Source: an uncultured delta proteobacterium
GTDB taxonomy: Bacteria; Desulfobacterota; Binatia; UBA9968
Assembly: GCA_963745835.1 (NCBI GenBank)
Contig: CAVUZH010000001.1
Location: forward strand, 64,001 to 128,000
Length of the DNA: 64,000 bases
Direction of reading: 5' to 3'
Shown here: positions 53,670-64,000 of the stretch, piece by piece
How the letters are laid out: every line of letters begins with the position of its first letter
Position numbering within the stretch: position 1 is the first letter of the stretch
The notes under the pieces: generated by a model
The model's database searches: none
What the model was told of the DNA's origin: nothing
Seen by the model: the letters and a program-made list of their open reading frames with translations, nothing else
Program-made: the position numbers and the translations under genes

Positions 53670-54239
53670 TTAGTTCTCACGGACATTCCATAAAAAAATG
53701 GTGTGGTAGTGAACGTATCCGCCGGCTTTCTTCTCCGGTTCAGGTAACTTTTCCGTCTTATCGGGTGTCCAACCTTCGATGCCGAAGTCGTGAGCGACAA
53801 TGCGGGATCCCGGTTTAAGGTAATTTCTGAAATTGGGCTTCATAGCTTCATTGAACCACGGAAGCATGTAAAGCGTTACCACTGTTGCCGGTGAAAGGTC
53901 GGTCTTCAAAGCATCTTCTGCGCGAAATTCGACCAAGTGACTGACGCCTTCCACCTCGGCGGATTTGCGCGCTTTATCGAGGAGCGTCTGGTCCATCTCA
54001 ATGCCGACGCCGCGCGCGCCGTACTTCTTGGCGGCGCGAATCACGACCCGTCCGTCGCCGCTGCCGAGGTCATACACCACATCATTTTTCTGGATCTGAG
54101 CCATTTCGAGCATTTTGTCGATGACTTCGATGGGCGTCGGGACAAAAGGGATTTCCTCCGGAAAGTCTGCAGTTGCCTCAACAACGCCGAAAGCGAGTAG
54201 CCAAACGAAGACAACCAGCGAGGATAATTTTTCTTTCAT
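53670..54239 (-). CDS. Class I SAM-dependent methyltransferase with N-terminal signal peptide
   Basis: PFVPTP, YDLGSGDGR, LKPGSRIVAHDF. Confidence 0.88.
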   Translation of the reverse strand: MKEKLSSLVVFVWLLAFGVVEATADFPEEIPFVPTPIEVIDKMLEMAQIQKNDVVYDLGSGDGRVVIRAAKKYGARGVGIEMDQTLLDKARKSAEVEGVSHLVEFRAEDALKTDLSPATVVTLYMLPWFNEAMKPNFRNYLKPGSRIVAHDFGIEGWTPDKTEKLPEPEKKAGGYVHYHTIFLWNVREN

Positions 54240-54411
54240 CGCGACCCTAGAATCATAAAGGATATTGAAGCCTTGTCTCAGCGCGGCGGTTAGATTCTTG
54301 GTAGGCGGCTGTCCGTATTGTTACAAAGTGTTTACCCGGATGCATTGGGGTTCACCCAGGCAGCGACCGACCGGGTTTGTGAAGTAAGCCCGAACTGGTT
54401 TATATAAAATA

Positions 54412-55737
54412 ATGCAAAACAACAAGATAGGTACCGCAGCGCGCCCGCCGCTATCCTTGCCTTTTTATTATGGTTGGTTCGTTTTATCGATTGTCTTTCT
54501 GACAACATTGACCAGTGCCGGGGTTCGTTCCTCGCCGTCGGTGCTGATTCACCCTTTAGAAGCTGAGTTTGGCTGGAGCCGAGCCCTGATCGCCTCGGCC
54601 GTCAGCATGAATCTATTGCTGTTTGGCGTTGCTGCGCCGATCAGCGGCTGGCTGATCGACAAATATGGTCCGCGCAAAGTCATGATCGGCAGCCTGGCTC
54701 TATTGATTTTCGGCGTAAGCGGCACGATGGCGATGGATCAGTTCTGGCAATTTTTTCTGGTTTGGGGAGTGGTCGTTGGACTCGGCGCCGGCGGGGTGGG
54801 CTCGGTTCTAACGGCGACTGTGGGGAACCGCTGGTTCGTCGCCAGACGCGGCCTGGCACTGGGGATTCTTGGCAGCGCCAGCTCCACCGGGCAGATAATC
54901 TTCCTGCCTTTGTTCATGGCCGCAATCACCTATGCCGGCTGGCGCATGGGATCGATGGCGTTGATCATTGTTGCGATTATCTTGGTGCCGCTGATTTACT
55001 TTTTCATGCGCGATGATCCGTCTGAGGTCGGACTGGAACCTTATGGAGCGGGAGATCCGGCGGGTGCAAGTTCAGGCGGCGTGGCTTCGCTGCGGGGCAT
55101 GCGATCTGGCAACGCCACTATCACAGCGCGCGAAGTGATTTCCCATCCAACCTTCTGGCTATTGGCGGCTAGCTTCTTTGTTTGCGGCGGAACCGCCAAC
55201 GGTCTGATCGGCACCCATTTGATTCCCCACGAAATCGACCGAGGTATTCCACAGATCACTGCGGCGTCTTTACTCGGCGTTATGGGCGCGCTCAATATGG
55301 TCGGCACGATTTTTTCAGGTTGGATGATTGACCGTGTCCAGCCGCAACGATGGCTGGCGTTGGTATACGCGCTTCGCGGGCTTTCGCTGCTCATGCTGCC
55401 GTTTGTTCATAGTATTTCAGGATTTTTTCTTTTCGCAGTGATTTACGGATTGGATTGGTTTGCCACAGTGCCGCCGTCGATGGCGATCACTGCGGACACG
55501 TTCGGCAAGCAAAACGTAGGTAAGGTTTATGGCTGGATTTTTATGTCGCATCAGATCGGCGCGGCGATTATGGCTTCGAGCGCGGGCGCGCTTCGCACCT
55601 GGTTGGGCGACTATCATTCTGCCTTTTTTTCAGGCGGGGTGATTGCGCTGGTCGCCGCGGGACTGGCATTGCAGATTAAAACCAAGCCTAAAGCAGTTCC
55701 GCCGGTCACGGTGCACGCGCAGCCGGCAGGAGCCTGA
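54412..55737 (+). CDS. MFS transporter
   Basis: Multiple TM helices, G.LIDKYGPRK, RWFVARRGLALG, HQIGAA. Confidence 0.92.
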   Translation: MQNNKIGTAARPPLSLPFYYGWFVLSIVFLTTLTSAGVRSSPSVLIHPLEAEFGWSRALIASAVSMNLLLFGVAAPISGWLIDKYGPRKVMIGSLALLIFGVSGTMAMDQFWQFFLVWGVVVGLGAGGVGSVLTATVGNRWFVARRGLALGILGSASSTGQIIFLPLFMAAITYAGWRMGSMALIIVAIILVPLIYFFMRDDPSEVGLEPYGAGDPAGASSGGVASLRGMRSGNATITAREVISHPTFWLLAASFFVCGGTANGLIGTHLIPHEIDRGIPQITAASLLGVMGALNMVGTIFSGWMIDRVQPQRWLALVYALRGLSLLMLPFVHSISGFFLFAVIYGLDWFATVPPSMAITADTFGKQNVGKVYGWIFMSHQIGAAIMASSAGALRTWLGDYHSAFFSGGVIALVAAGLALQIKTKPKAVPPVTVHAQPAGA

Positions 55738-55773
55738 CCAACGATAAACACAAGCTGAAAGCGTAGGCTCCTG

Positions 55774-56185
55774 TCAGTCAGATTCGGTAAAGTTCGACAC
55801 GCGCCAGTGATCTCCGTCTCTGCGCGCGGCTATCAACCACTTGCGGGTAAAAGAGGTGCCATCGTCGGATTGAATCGTCCCTTCGTAAAGAAAAGAGGCT
55901 CGCCGTTCTCCTTCCTTTTTCTCTAGTAGCCGGTAGTTGACTCGAGGCTTCTGAGTCGAGGCATCGATTGTCTGGCCCCTGGTTAGCCTGATCTCGTCAT
56001 TAACCTTGTCCAAAGCGATACTGACAGTGTAATCTTTGGCCTTTTGCAAGTCGAAACTCACATAATGGTGATCGACGAAGGCTTCGGTTACGCCTTGCGC
56101 AGTACTGAGATCGCGACCGCAGCCAATGGCCAATAGAGCGATAAGAGCAAAAACCACACAGGAGGGATGTGCGAATGATTTTCAT
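55774..56185 (-). CDS. Hypothetical lipoprotein; probable +1 frameshift near 56158
   Basis: ATGA overlap with the upstream stop gives MKIIRTSLL, continuing VFALIALLAIGC (lipobox) in the next frame. Confidence 0.65.
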
Positions 56186-56949
56186 TTGGCGCGACGACCA
56201 ACGTGTGCCGTGAGCCAATCGACGGCTTCGGTAAGAGCTTGCTGCATCATCAGCGGATTGGACAGGCGATGGTCGGTTCCTTTCAATATCAACAATTTTT
56301 TTTTACCCGAGATGCATGCGTTCAGTTCATGCGCTTCTTCGACCGGCACGACCTCGTCGCTTTCGCCATGAATGATCAGTACCGGACAAGCGATTTTGCG
56401 CGCGGATTCGATGACATTGAGGGATTCTAAATCCTCAAGCAACGCCAGATTAAGCCGCTGCCTGTTGTAGAAGGTAAAGCCGCGGTCCCGCCATTTTTGC
56501 AATGCGTCCGGGCTGAGAATCCGGCGCGGGAAAGCTTCAGGGTGGACCGGCGCGGCGATCGTGACCAGAGCAGCAATGCCTGGATCTTCGGCAGCAAACA
56601 GCAAAGCCACAGTGCCGCCCATGCTGGAGCCGAGAATTCCGATGTCGCCGGAATAACGATCGCGGATAAAAGAACATGCCCCGCGCAGGTCCTCGACCTC
56701 GCCGCTGTAGGTGATGTCTTCAAACCTCTCGCTGGATTCGCCGACGTATGCAAAATCAAATCTGAGGGTGAGAAACCCGCTTGTAGCTAAACCGCGACTG
56801 AGAGAAATCAATTTTTCGCTGTCCTTGTTGGAGTCCATGCCGTGGCACAGGATAATCGCACCGCAGGGCGAATCGCCGGCCGGATGATGCAGTATGCCAA
56901 CGATATTCTTAGCGCCGCTACTACCAAAAGATATTCTTTCTTCCAACAT
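56182..56949 (-). CDS. Alpha/beta-fold hydrolase
   Basis: CHG, RFDF..GES, GSSMG nucleophile elbow, HGESDEVVP, DH. Confidence 0.9.
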   Translation of the reverse strand: MLEERISFGSSGAKNIVGILHHPAGDSPCGAIILCHGMDSNKDSEKLISLSRGLATSGFLTLRFDFAYVGESSERFEDITYSGEVEDLRGACSFIRDRYSGDIGILGSSMGGTVALLFAAEDPGIAALVTIAAPVHPEAFPRRILSPDALQKWRDRGFTFYNRQRLNLALLEDLESLNVIESARKIACPVLIIHGESDEVVPVEEAHELNACISGKKKLLILKGTDHRLSNPLMMQQALTEAVDWLTAHVGRRAK

Positions 56950-57101
56950 TTGACTCGCGCGAGTTAGCAGGACTCTAGCTCAGATTTATTTAACTTTGAA
57001 GTCAGCTATCGAGATCGATGGACAGCAGAAACATTGAACTTGCCGATTTCGTTTGATGGGGCGGTATGTTATCGTTTGAAAGATCTGGCCCAGCAGCACA
57101 A

Positions 57102-58010
57102 GTGAACGAGCTTATTAAGAGATTTATCGATCATCTCCGCGATCAGCGCAATCTCTCGTCGCACACACTGAGAAATTATCTAAGCGATCTCAATCAGTTC
57201 CAGCAGTTTCTTCGCGATAGCGATTTTTGTCTGGACGAAACCGGGAACATAGACGAGCAAAGACTGGACATTCATATCGTGCGCGCTTACCTGGCTTCAA
57301 TAAACAAGCATCGCAAAAAGAGTTCTGTGGCGCGCAAGCTGGCGGCGCTGAAAGGATTCTTTAAATATTTGGCGGCCACCGGGCAGATCGCAACAAACCC
57401 TATATTGCTGATTCAGACGCCCAAGCAGGACAAGCCGCTGCCCTCTTTTCTCTCGGTGGACGATGTGTTCCAGCTTCTGGGCGGTATCGCGATCAAAGGA
57501 TCGTTAGATGTGCGCGATCGAGCTATGCTCGAGGTGTTTTATTCGACGGGAATACGGGCCAGTGAATTGGTTGGGCTTAACTGGAGTGATATTGATTTTC
57601 AGCTGGGCATCATCCGAGTGGTCGGAAAAGGATCCAAAGAGCGGATCGTGCCGATTGGCACGATAGCAATGCAAGCGCTACAAGATTATAGTTTAGAACA
57701 TAAAAAGAATTGGAATCTGCCCTGCAAAGGCGAAAATGCGGTCTTTCTTAACCGCCGGGGCAAAAGGATGACGACCCGAAGCGTAGGGCGCAGCGTTGAA
57801 AAGCATTTGAAAGCTTGCGGGATCCCGTTGCATATCGGCCCGCACGGTTTGCGGCACACGTTTGCTACTCACCTTTTAAATAGCGGCGCCGATCTTCGAG
57901 TGATACAGGAAATGCTTGGCCATGCGAGTCTTTCCACAACTCAACACTATACGCACCTAAACTTGGATCAGTTAACGGCGGTGTACGATAAAGCTCATCC
58001 ACGCGCCTGA
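57102..58010 (+). CDS. xerC: Tyrosine recombinase XerC
   Basis: TGIRASEL, GKGSKER, HGLRHTFATH, LGHASLSTTQHY; synteny with hslVU. Confidence 0.9.
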   Translation: MNELIKRFIDHLRDQRNLSSHTLRNYLSDLNQFQQFLRDSDFCLDETGNIDEQRLDIHIVRAYLASINKHRKKSSVARKLAALKGFFKYLAATGQIATNPILLIQTPKQDKPLPSFLSVDDVFQLLGGIAIKGSLDVRDRAMLEVFYSTGIRASELVGLNWSDIDFQLGIIRVVGKGSKERIVPIGTIAMQALQDYSLEHKKNWNLPCKGENAVFLNRRGKRMTTRSVGRSVEKHLKACGIPLHIGPHGLRHTFATHLLNSGADLRVIQEMLGHASLSTTQHYTHLNLDQLTAVYDKAHPRA

Positions 58011-58101
58011 AGCAGGACTTAAGCGATACGCGCGAGTTACCGTGAGATTATCTTCGAATCGTGGATCATTGAAATTTGAATGATGAATGGTGAGTTGAGA
58101 G

Positions 58102-58632
58102 ATGTTTGAAGGAACGACAATACTAGCGATTCGACACCGAGGAAAAGTGGTGGTCGTCGGCGACGGACAGGTAAGTCTCGGTCAAACCGTGATGAAGCAC
58201 AGCGCCCGGAAGGTGCGCAAGCTTCATCACGACAAAGTCATCGCCGGTTTTGCCGGTGCCACTGCCGACGCATTTACTTTGTTCGAGAAGTTTGAAGCCA
58301 AGCTGGAACAGTTCAACGGCAATCTCAAGCGGGCGGCAGTGGAGCTCGCGAAGGACTGGCGCACAGATCGAATTTTGCGACGACTGGAAGCGCTACTAAT
58401 CATCGCCGACATCAATGACCTGTTGGTGATTTCCGGAGCCGGCGATGTCATAGAACCCGACGATGGCGTCATTGCTATCGGTTCGGGAGGAAATTTCGCA
58501 TTGGCAGCAGCTCGGGTACTTGTGAAGCACAGTCAGCTTGACGCGCGCGCGATTGCTGAAGAATCGATGCGCGTGGCCGCCAGTCTCTGCGTCTATACAA
58601 ACGAGCAGCTTACGTTTGAAGAGCTGGCGTAA
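58102..58632 (+). CDS. hslV: ATP-dependent protease subunit HslV
   Basis: [21 protein letters not shown]. Confidence 0.98.
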   Translation: MFEGTTILAIRHRGKVVVVGDGQVSLGQTVMKHSARKVRKLHHDKVIAGFAGATADAFTLFEKFEAKLEQFNGNLKRAAVELAKDWRTDRILRRLEALLIIADINDLLVISGAGDVIEPDDGVIAIGSGGNFALAAARVLVKHSQLDARAIAEESMRVAASLCVYTNEQLTFEELA

Positions 58633-58728
58633 ACGTGAGCCGCTTCGATAGACGCAGGAAACCGTAGGGTTCCGCAATAAAAGAGTATTTGCTTTTGTCT
58701 TTGAAGTTGCTAGGAGTTACGTATTCTA

Positions 58729-60120
58729 ATGAAGCATGAACCGATCATAGCCTTGCCCGATTCGTCGGATTCTTCCCCGGCGCCGGTGATGACGCCGCGG
58801 GAAATTGTTTCTGAGCTCGATCGTTACATTGTCGGACAAAGAGACGCCAAACGCGCGGTGGCTATCGCGCTGCGCAACCGCTGGCGACGTCAGCAGGTTT
58901 CAGAAGATCTTCGCGAAGAGATCGTACCTAAGAATATCATCATGATTGGCCCTACCGGGGTCGGCAAAACCGAAATCTCGCGCCGGCTTGCCAAGCTCGC
59001 ACAGGCGCCGTTCATCAAGGTCGAAGCCTCCAAATTCACTGAAGTCGGCTACGTCGGCCGCGACGTCGAGTCGATCATCCGCGATCTCACTGATCTTGCC
59101 GTCAACATGGTGAAAGAAGAAGAGAAGCAGAAGGTTGAAATCAAAGCCCATGAGGTTGCCGAAGAGCGCGTTTTGGATTTGCTATTGCCCGGCGGAGCGG
59201 GTGCGGGCATGGATAACGAGGCAATTGATAGCGCCCGAGTGCAGAGCACACGCGAGAAGCTGAAGAAAATGCTTCGCGAAGGCAAGATGGACGAGCGCTT
59301 CGTAGACATTGAGGTCACCCAGTCAGCGATGCCGATGATCGAAGTGCTGACGCCTCAAGGCATGGAAGGCATGGAATTCAACTTGAAAGAAATGTTTTCC
59401 AACCTGATGCCGAAGAAAACCAAAAAGAAAACGGTCAAAATTCCCGAAGCCTTGGAAATCCTTACTCAGGAAGAAGCGGGAAAACTGGTCGATATGGACA
59501 AGGTGACCAGCGAAGCGGTGCGCCGAGTGGAGCAGTCTGGAATTGTCTTCCTCGACGAAATCGACAAAATTGCCGGCCGCGAAGCCAGCCAGGGTCCGGA
59601 CGTTTCCCGCCAAGGCGTGCAACGTGATTTGCTGCCGATCGTTGAAGGTTCGACAGTCAATACCAAATACGGCATGGTCAAGACCGATCACATTTTGTTT
59701 GTCGCTTCAGGAGCGTTTCATACCGCAAAACCTTCTGATTTGATTCCCGAATTCCAAGGCCGATTTCCGATTCGTGTAGAGCTTAGTTCTTTGGGTAAGG
59801 AAGACTTCATTCGGATCTTAACCGAACCCAAGAACGCGCTGATCAAACAATACGAAGCCCTGCTCGAAACCGAGGGAGTTCACTTGAAGTTCGGCGCCGG
59901 AGCGATCGAAGAAATTGCCAGGATCGCTTCCGATGTCAACGACCGAATGGAAAACATCGGTGCCCGCCGGCTCCACACCATTCTCGAACGCTTGCTCGAT
60001 GATGTCTCTTTCGCCGCCCCTGAGATGCACGGCAAAGAAGTCGCCATCGACGCTGAATATGTGCGCGAACGGCTCACGCCAATCTTGAAGAACGAAGATC
60101 TCTCGCGCTACATCCTCTGA
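58729..60120 (+). CDS. hslU: ATP-dependent protease ATPase HslU
   Basis: [32 protein letters not shown]. Confidence 0.98.
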   Translation: MKHEPIIALPDSSDSSPAPVMTPREIVSELDRYIVGQRDAKRAVAIALRNRWRRQQVSEDLREEIVPKNIIMIGPTGVGKTEISRRLAKLAQAPFIKVEASKFTEVGYVGRDVESIIRDLTDLAVNMVKEEEKQKVEIKAHEVAEERVLDLLLPGGAGAGMDNEAIDSARVQSTREKLKKMLREGKMDERFVDIEVTQSAMPMIEVLTPQGMEGMEFNLKEMFSNLMPKKTKKKTVKIPEALEILTQEEAGKLVDMDKVTSEAVRRVEQSGIVFLDEIDKIAGREASQGPDVSRQGVQRDLLPIVEGSTVNTKYGMVKTDHILFVASGAFHTAKPSDLIPEFQGRFPIRVELSSLGKEDFIRILTEPKNALIKQYEALLETEGVHLKFGAGAIEEIARIASDVNDRMENIGARRLHTILERLLDDVSFAAPEMHGKEVAIDAEYVRERLTPILKNEDLSRYIL

Positions 60121-61021
<901 letters not shown>

Positions 61022-62210
61022 ATGAACAACTTGGAAATCGCCGCGCTGACTGACAAATATGTTGCTCGAACCTACGCCCGCACTCCCAATCGCATTAGTC
61101 AGGGGAAGAGGCACCAAGGTCTGGGATGCCGAGGGCAAAGAGTACCTCGACTTCCTGGCGGGAATCGCGGTTAACAGTTTGGGTCACTGTCACCCCGCTA
61201 TCGTCCGGGCGATTCGGGAGCAGTCGAAAAAGCTGCTGCACGTCTCCAATCTCTACCACATCCTGCCGCAATCGGAGTTGGCGCGCGAGTTATGCGACCA
61301 TTCGTTTGCCGAGCGGGTTTTCTTTTGCAATAGCGGCGCCGAAGCAAACGAGGCGGCGATCAAGCTGGTTCGACGCTACGGTCTGGAGAAGCTCGGAGGT
61401 AAGTACGAAATACTTTCCACGCACAATTCCTTTCACGGCCGCACACTCGCGACCTTAACCGCCACCGGGCAGGAGAAGATCCGCGCGGGTTACGATCCTT
61501 TGCCCACCGGTTTTCGCCAGGTGCCCTACAATGATCTCGCTGCCATCGAAGAAGCCATCGACGAGAAGAAAACCGCCGCCATATTAGTCGAGCCGATTCA
61601 GGCTGAGGGCGGCGTCAACGTCGCGGACGAGGCCTACATGCGGGGCTTGCGTGAGCTCTGCGACCAGCGCGGTATCTTGCTCATCTTCGATGAAGTTCAA
61701 ACCGGGATGGGGCGCACGGGCACGCTGTTCGGCTACGAGCATTTTGCTATCAAGCCGGACATCATGACTTTGGCTAAGGCTCTCGGGGGAGGCCTGCCTC
61801 TGGGCGCGATGTTGGCGCGCGAAGAGATAGCCACAAGCTTCGGGCCGGGTAGCCATGCATCGACGTTCGGTGGTAATCCGGTGGCATGCAGCGCCGGGTT
61901 GGCTGTGATGCAAACCCTATTAGGCGGCGCCCTGAAGAACTGCCTGCAGATGGGGCAGTATCTCGTCAAAGGCCTCGAAGCTTTGCAAAAGCGCTTTTCA
62001 TTTATACGAGAAGTGCGCGGCAAGGGGCTAATGATCGGCATGGAGCTGGAGATCGAGGGCAGCAAAGTCGCGGACAGCTGCATGCAAGAGGGATTGCTGC
62101 TTAACTGTACCGCCTACAAAGTCCTCCGTTTTGTTCCACCGCTGACGATAAAGAGAAACGAAATCGATCGCGGCCTCGACATTCTTGAAAAGGTTCTCGC
62201 CCGCCAATAA
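61022..62210 (+). CDS. argD: Acetylornithine aminotransferase; +1 frameshift near 61088
   Basis: MNNLEI..KYVARTYAR, then SGAEANE, FHGRT, DEVQTG, AKALGGG. Confidence 0.93.
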
Positions 62211-62232
62211 ACGCTCGTCGGTATCCCCCGTC

Positions 62233-63234
62233 ATGAGTAAACGAGATTTGTTGAATTTCGCTGATTGGAGCCGCCACGAGCTCGAATCGATTGTTCGACT
62301 GGCGCAAGATCTAAAACAGAAGCAGAAGCAGGGCGTCGTGCATCGCCTGCTCGAGGGCAAAGGGCTGGGTATGTTATTTGAGAAACCCAGTTTGAGAACG
62401 CGGGTGACTTTTGAGGCGGGGATGGTTCAGCTCGGCGGCTATGCGGTGTTTCTCTCGCCCACCGAAGTACAGATGGGAGTCCGCGAAACTCCAGAAGACT
62501 GCGCGCGCAGCCTGAGCCGCTGGGTCGATATGATTGTCGTGCGCACATTCGCGCAGGCAACTCTGGAAGAAATGGCGCGTGCCGCGTCCGTGCCTGTGAT
62601 CAACGCCTTGACCGATCTCTATCATCCATGCCAGGTCCTTGCCGACTGCCTTACATTGTTGGAACACAAGCGAAAGCTGAAAGGACTTAAGATTACTTTC
62701 ATCGGCGACGGCAACAATATGGTGCATTCCTGGATGGAGGCGGCCGAGAAGATCCCATTCTCATTCGCCCTGGCGTGTCCCAAAGGATACGAGCCCAACC
62801 GAGATATTGAAGCTCGGGTAAAAAGAAACGGCGCTGACGTGACGGTGACGCATTCCATTAAAGATGCTTTGCGCGGAGCCGATGCGGTTTATACCGACGT
62901 TTGGACCAGCATGGGACAGGAGTGGGACGTGGCCACCCGCCTCAAAGCTTTTCATGAATATCAGGTGAACCACCGAGTCCTGGCGATGGCCAAGAAAGAT
63001 GCGGTGGTCATGCACTGCTTACCGGCTCACCGAGGTCAAGAAATTACTGACGAGGTTTTAGAGAGTCCGCAGTGCATTGCCTTCGATCAGGCTGAAAACA
63101 GATTACATGCGCAAAAAGCCATCATGGTCTGGTTGCTGAATGGCACGAGAAGTTCAACCGTTCAGAAGCTCAAAGGTTCAGGGAAAATGGGAAATCAATC
63201 CAGAGGAAGCAGAGGTTCCAATAAGAAAAGATGA
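62233..63234 (+). CDS. argF: Ornithine carbamoyltransferase
   Basis: SLRT, HPCQ, WTSMG, HCLP, AENRLH. Confidence 0.96.
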   Translation: MSKRDLLNFADWSRHELESIVRLAQDLKQKQKQGVVHRLLEGKGLGMLFEKPSLRTRVTFEAGMVQLGGYAVFLSPTEVQMGVRETPEDCARSLSRWVDMIVVRTFAQATLEEMARAASVPVINALTDLYHPCQVLADCLTLLEHKRKLKGLKITFIGDGNNMVHSWMEAAEKIPFSFALACPKGYEPNRDIEARVKRNGADVTVTHSIKDALRGADAVYTDVWTSMGQEWDVATRLKAFHEYQVNHRVLAMAKKDAVVMHCLPAHRGQEITDEVLESPQCIAFDQAENRLHAQKAIMVWLLNGTRSSTVQKLKGSGKMGNQSRGSRGSNKKR

Positions 63235-64000
63235 ACGTGAAGAAGGTGGTGCTGGCTTATTCGGGAGGATTAGACACATCGGTTATTCTGCGTTGGATTA
63301 AGGAAGAATATGGCTGCGAAGTGATCGCTTTCTGTGCCGACCTAGGACAGGGAGAAGACCTGCAGGCGGTCAAACGGAAGGCGGTCGACACCGGTGCAAG
63401 CAAAGCGGTAATCGGCGATCTGCGCGAAGAGTTTGTCAAAAATTATGTGTTCCCGATGCTGCGCGGCAACGCGATCTACGAAGGTTCCTACCTGCTCGGC
63501 ACCTCCATCGCCCGTCCGCTCATCGCCAAGGCGCAGATCGACGTCGCCGTGAAAGAGCGCGCCGATGCGGTGTCGCACGGCGCCACCGGTAAGGGCAATG
63601 ACCAGGTGCGTTTTGAATTGACTTATTATGCGCTCAAGCCGGCTATCAAGGTGATTGCGCCGTGGCGGCTTTGGAGTCTCAATTCACGCACCTCTTTGAT
63701 CGCCTACGCGCGCAAGCATGGCATTCCAGTGCCGGTTACCAAAGCGCGTCCCTACAGCACCGATCGAAATTTATTTCATATTAGTTATGAGGGCGGCATT
63801 CTTGAGGATCCATGGAAAGAGCCGCCGCCAGACATGTTTGTCTGGTGCCGGCCGTTGGAAAAGGCGCCCAATCGAGCCGAGTATGTTGAAATCGATTATC
63901 GGCGTGGCGATCCGATTGCGATCAATGGCAAGACATTGTCTGCCGCCAAACTTCTGGCGCAGTTGAACGATCTCGGCGCCAAGCATGGCATCGGCCGCGT
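63231..64000 (+). CDS. argG: Argininosuccinate synthase, truncated by window end
   Basis: [38 protein letters not shown] (read directly; absent from the ORF track because the stop is outside the window). Confidence 0.96.
   Translation, partial: MNVKKVVLAYSGGLDTSVILRWIKEEYGCEVIAFCADLGQGEDLQAVKRKAVDTGASKAVIGDLREEFVKNYVFPMLRGNAIYEGSYLLGTSIARPLIAKAQIDVAVKERADAVSHGATGKGNDQVRFELTYYALKPAIKVIAPWRLWSLNSRTSLIAYARKHGIPVPVTKARPYSTDRNLFHISYEGGILEDPWKEPPPDMFVWCRPLEKAPNRAEYVEIDYRRGDPIAINGKTLSAAKLLAQLNDLGAKHGIGR

Noticed and set aside
53670-54239. APE ring methyltransferase (ApeB equivalent)
   Set aside because: Opposite strand, too short, carries a signal peptide and has different family motifs.
57102-58010. 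XerC as an island integrase for the APE cluster
   Set aside because: It sits in the canonical xerC-hslV-hslU housekeeping context.

Overview
Bacterial chromosomal window of moderately high GC. Gene content and order (prfA-prmC-murA-his; xerC-hslVU-argBDFG; orphan substrate-binding proteins, VOC and XDH-family genes) suggest a Deltaproteobacteria-like lineage such as Binatota; this is inference only. A housekeeping backbone carries two accessory blocks. The first (~17.8-28 kb) follows tRNA-Ala(GGC) and holds an NMT1-like binding protein, three VOC paralogs, a cupin, a Bug/TctC protein, an AbrB/RelE toxin-antitoxin pair, a small phosphoglycosyl transferase and a geranylgeranyl-reductase-like gene. 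From 23.4 to 25.3 kb the genes are separated by bipartite GAGAC/GTCTC tandem-repeat tracts. The second block (35.9-53.6 kb) is an apparently complete aryl polyene (APE)-type cluster with an MIO ammonia-lyase and a flavin-dependent halogenase-like gene. A ~150-bp MITE-like element occurs three times, and short 7-8 bp periodic repeats sit at several gene junctions. About 14 frameshifts, nearly all single-base insertions and several in core genes, most likely reflect long-read errors rather than pseudogenes.
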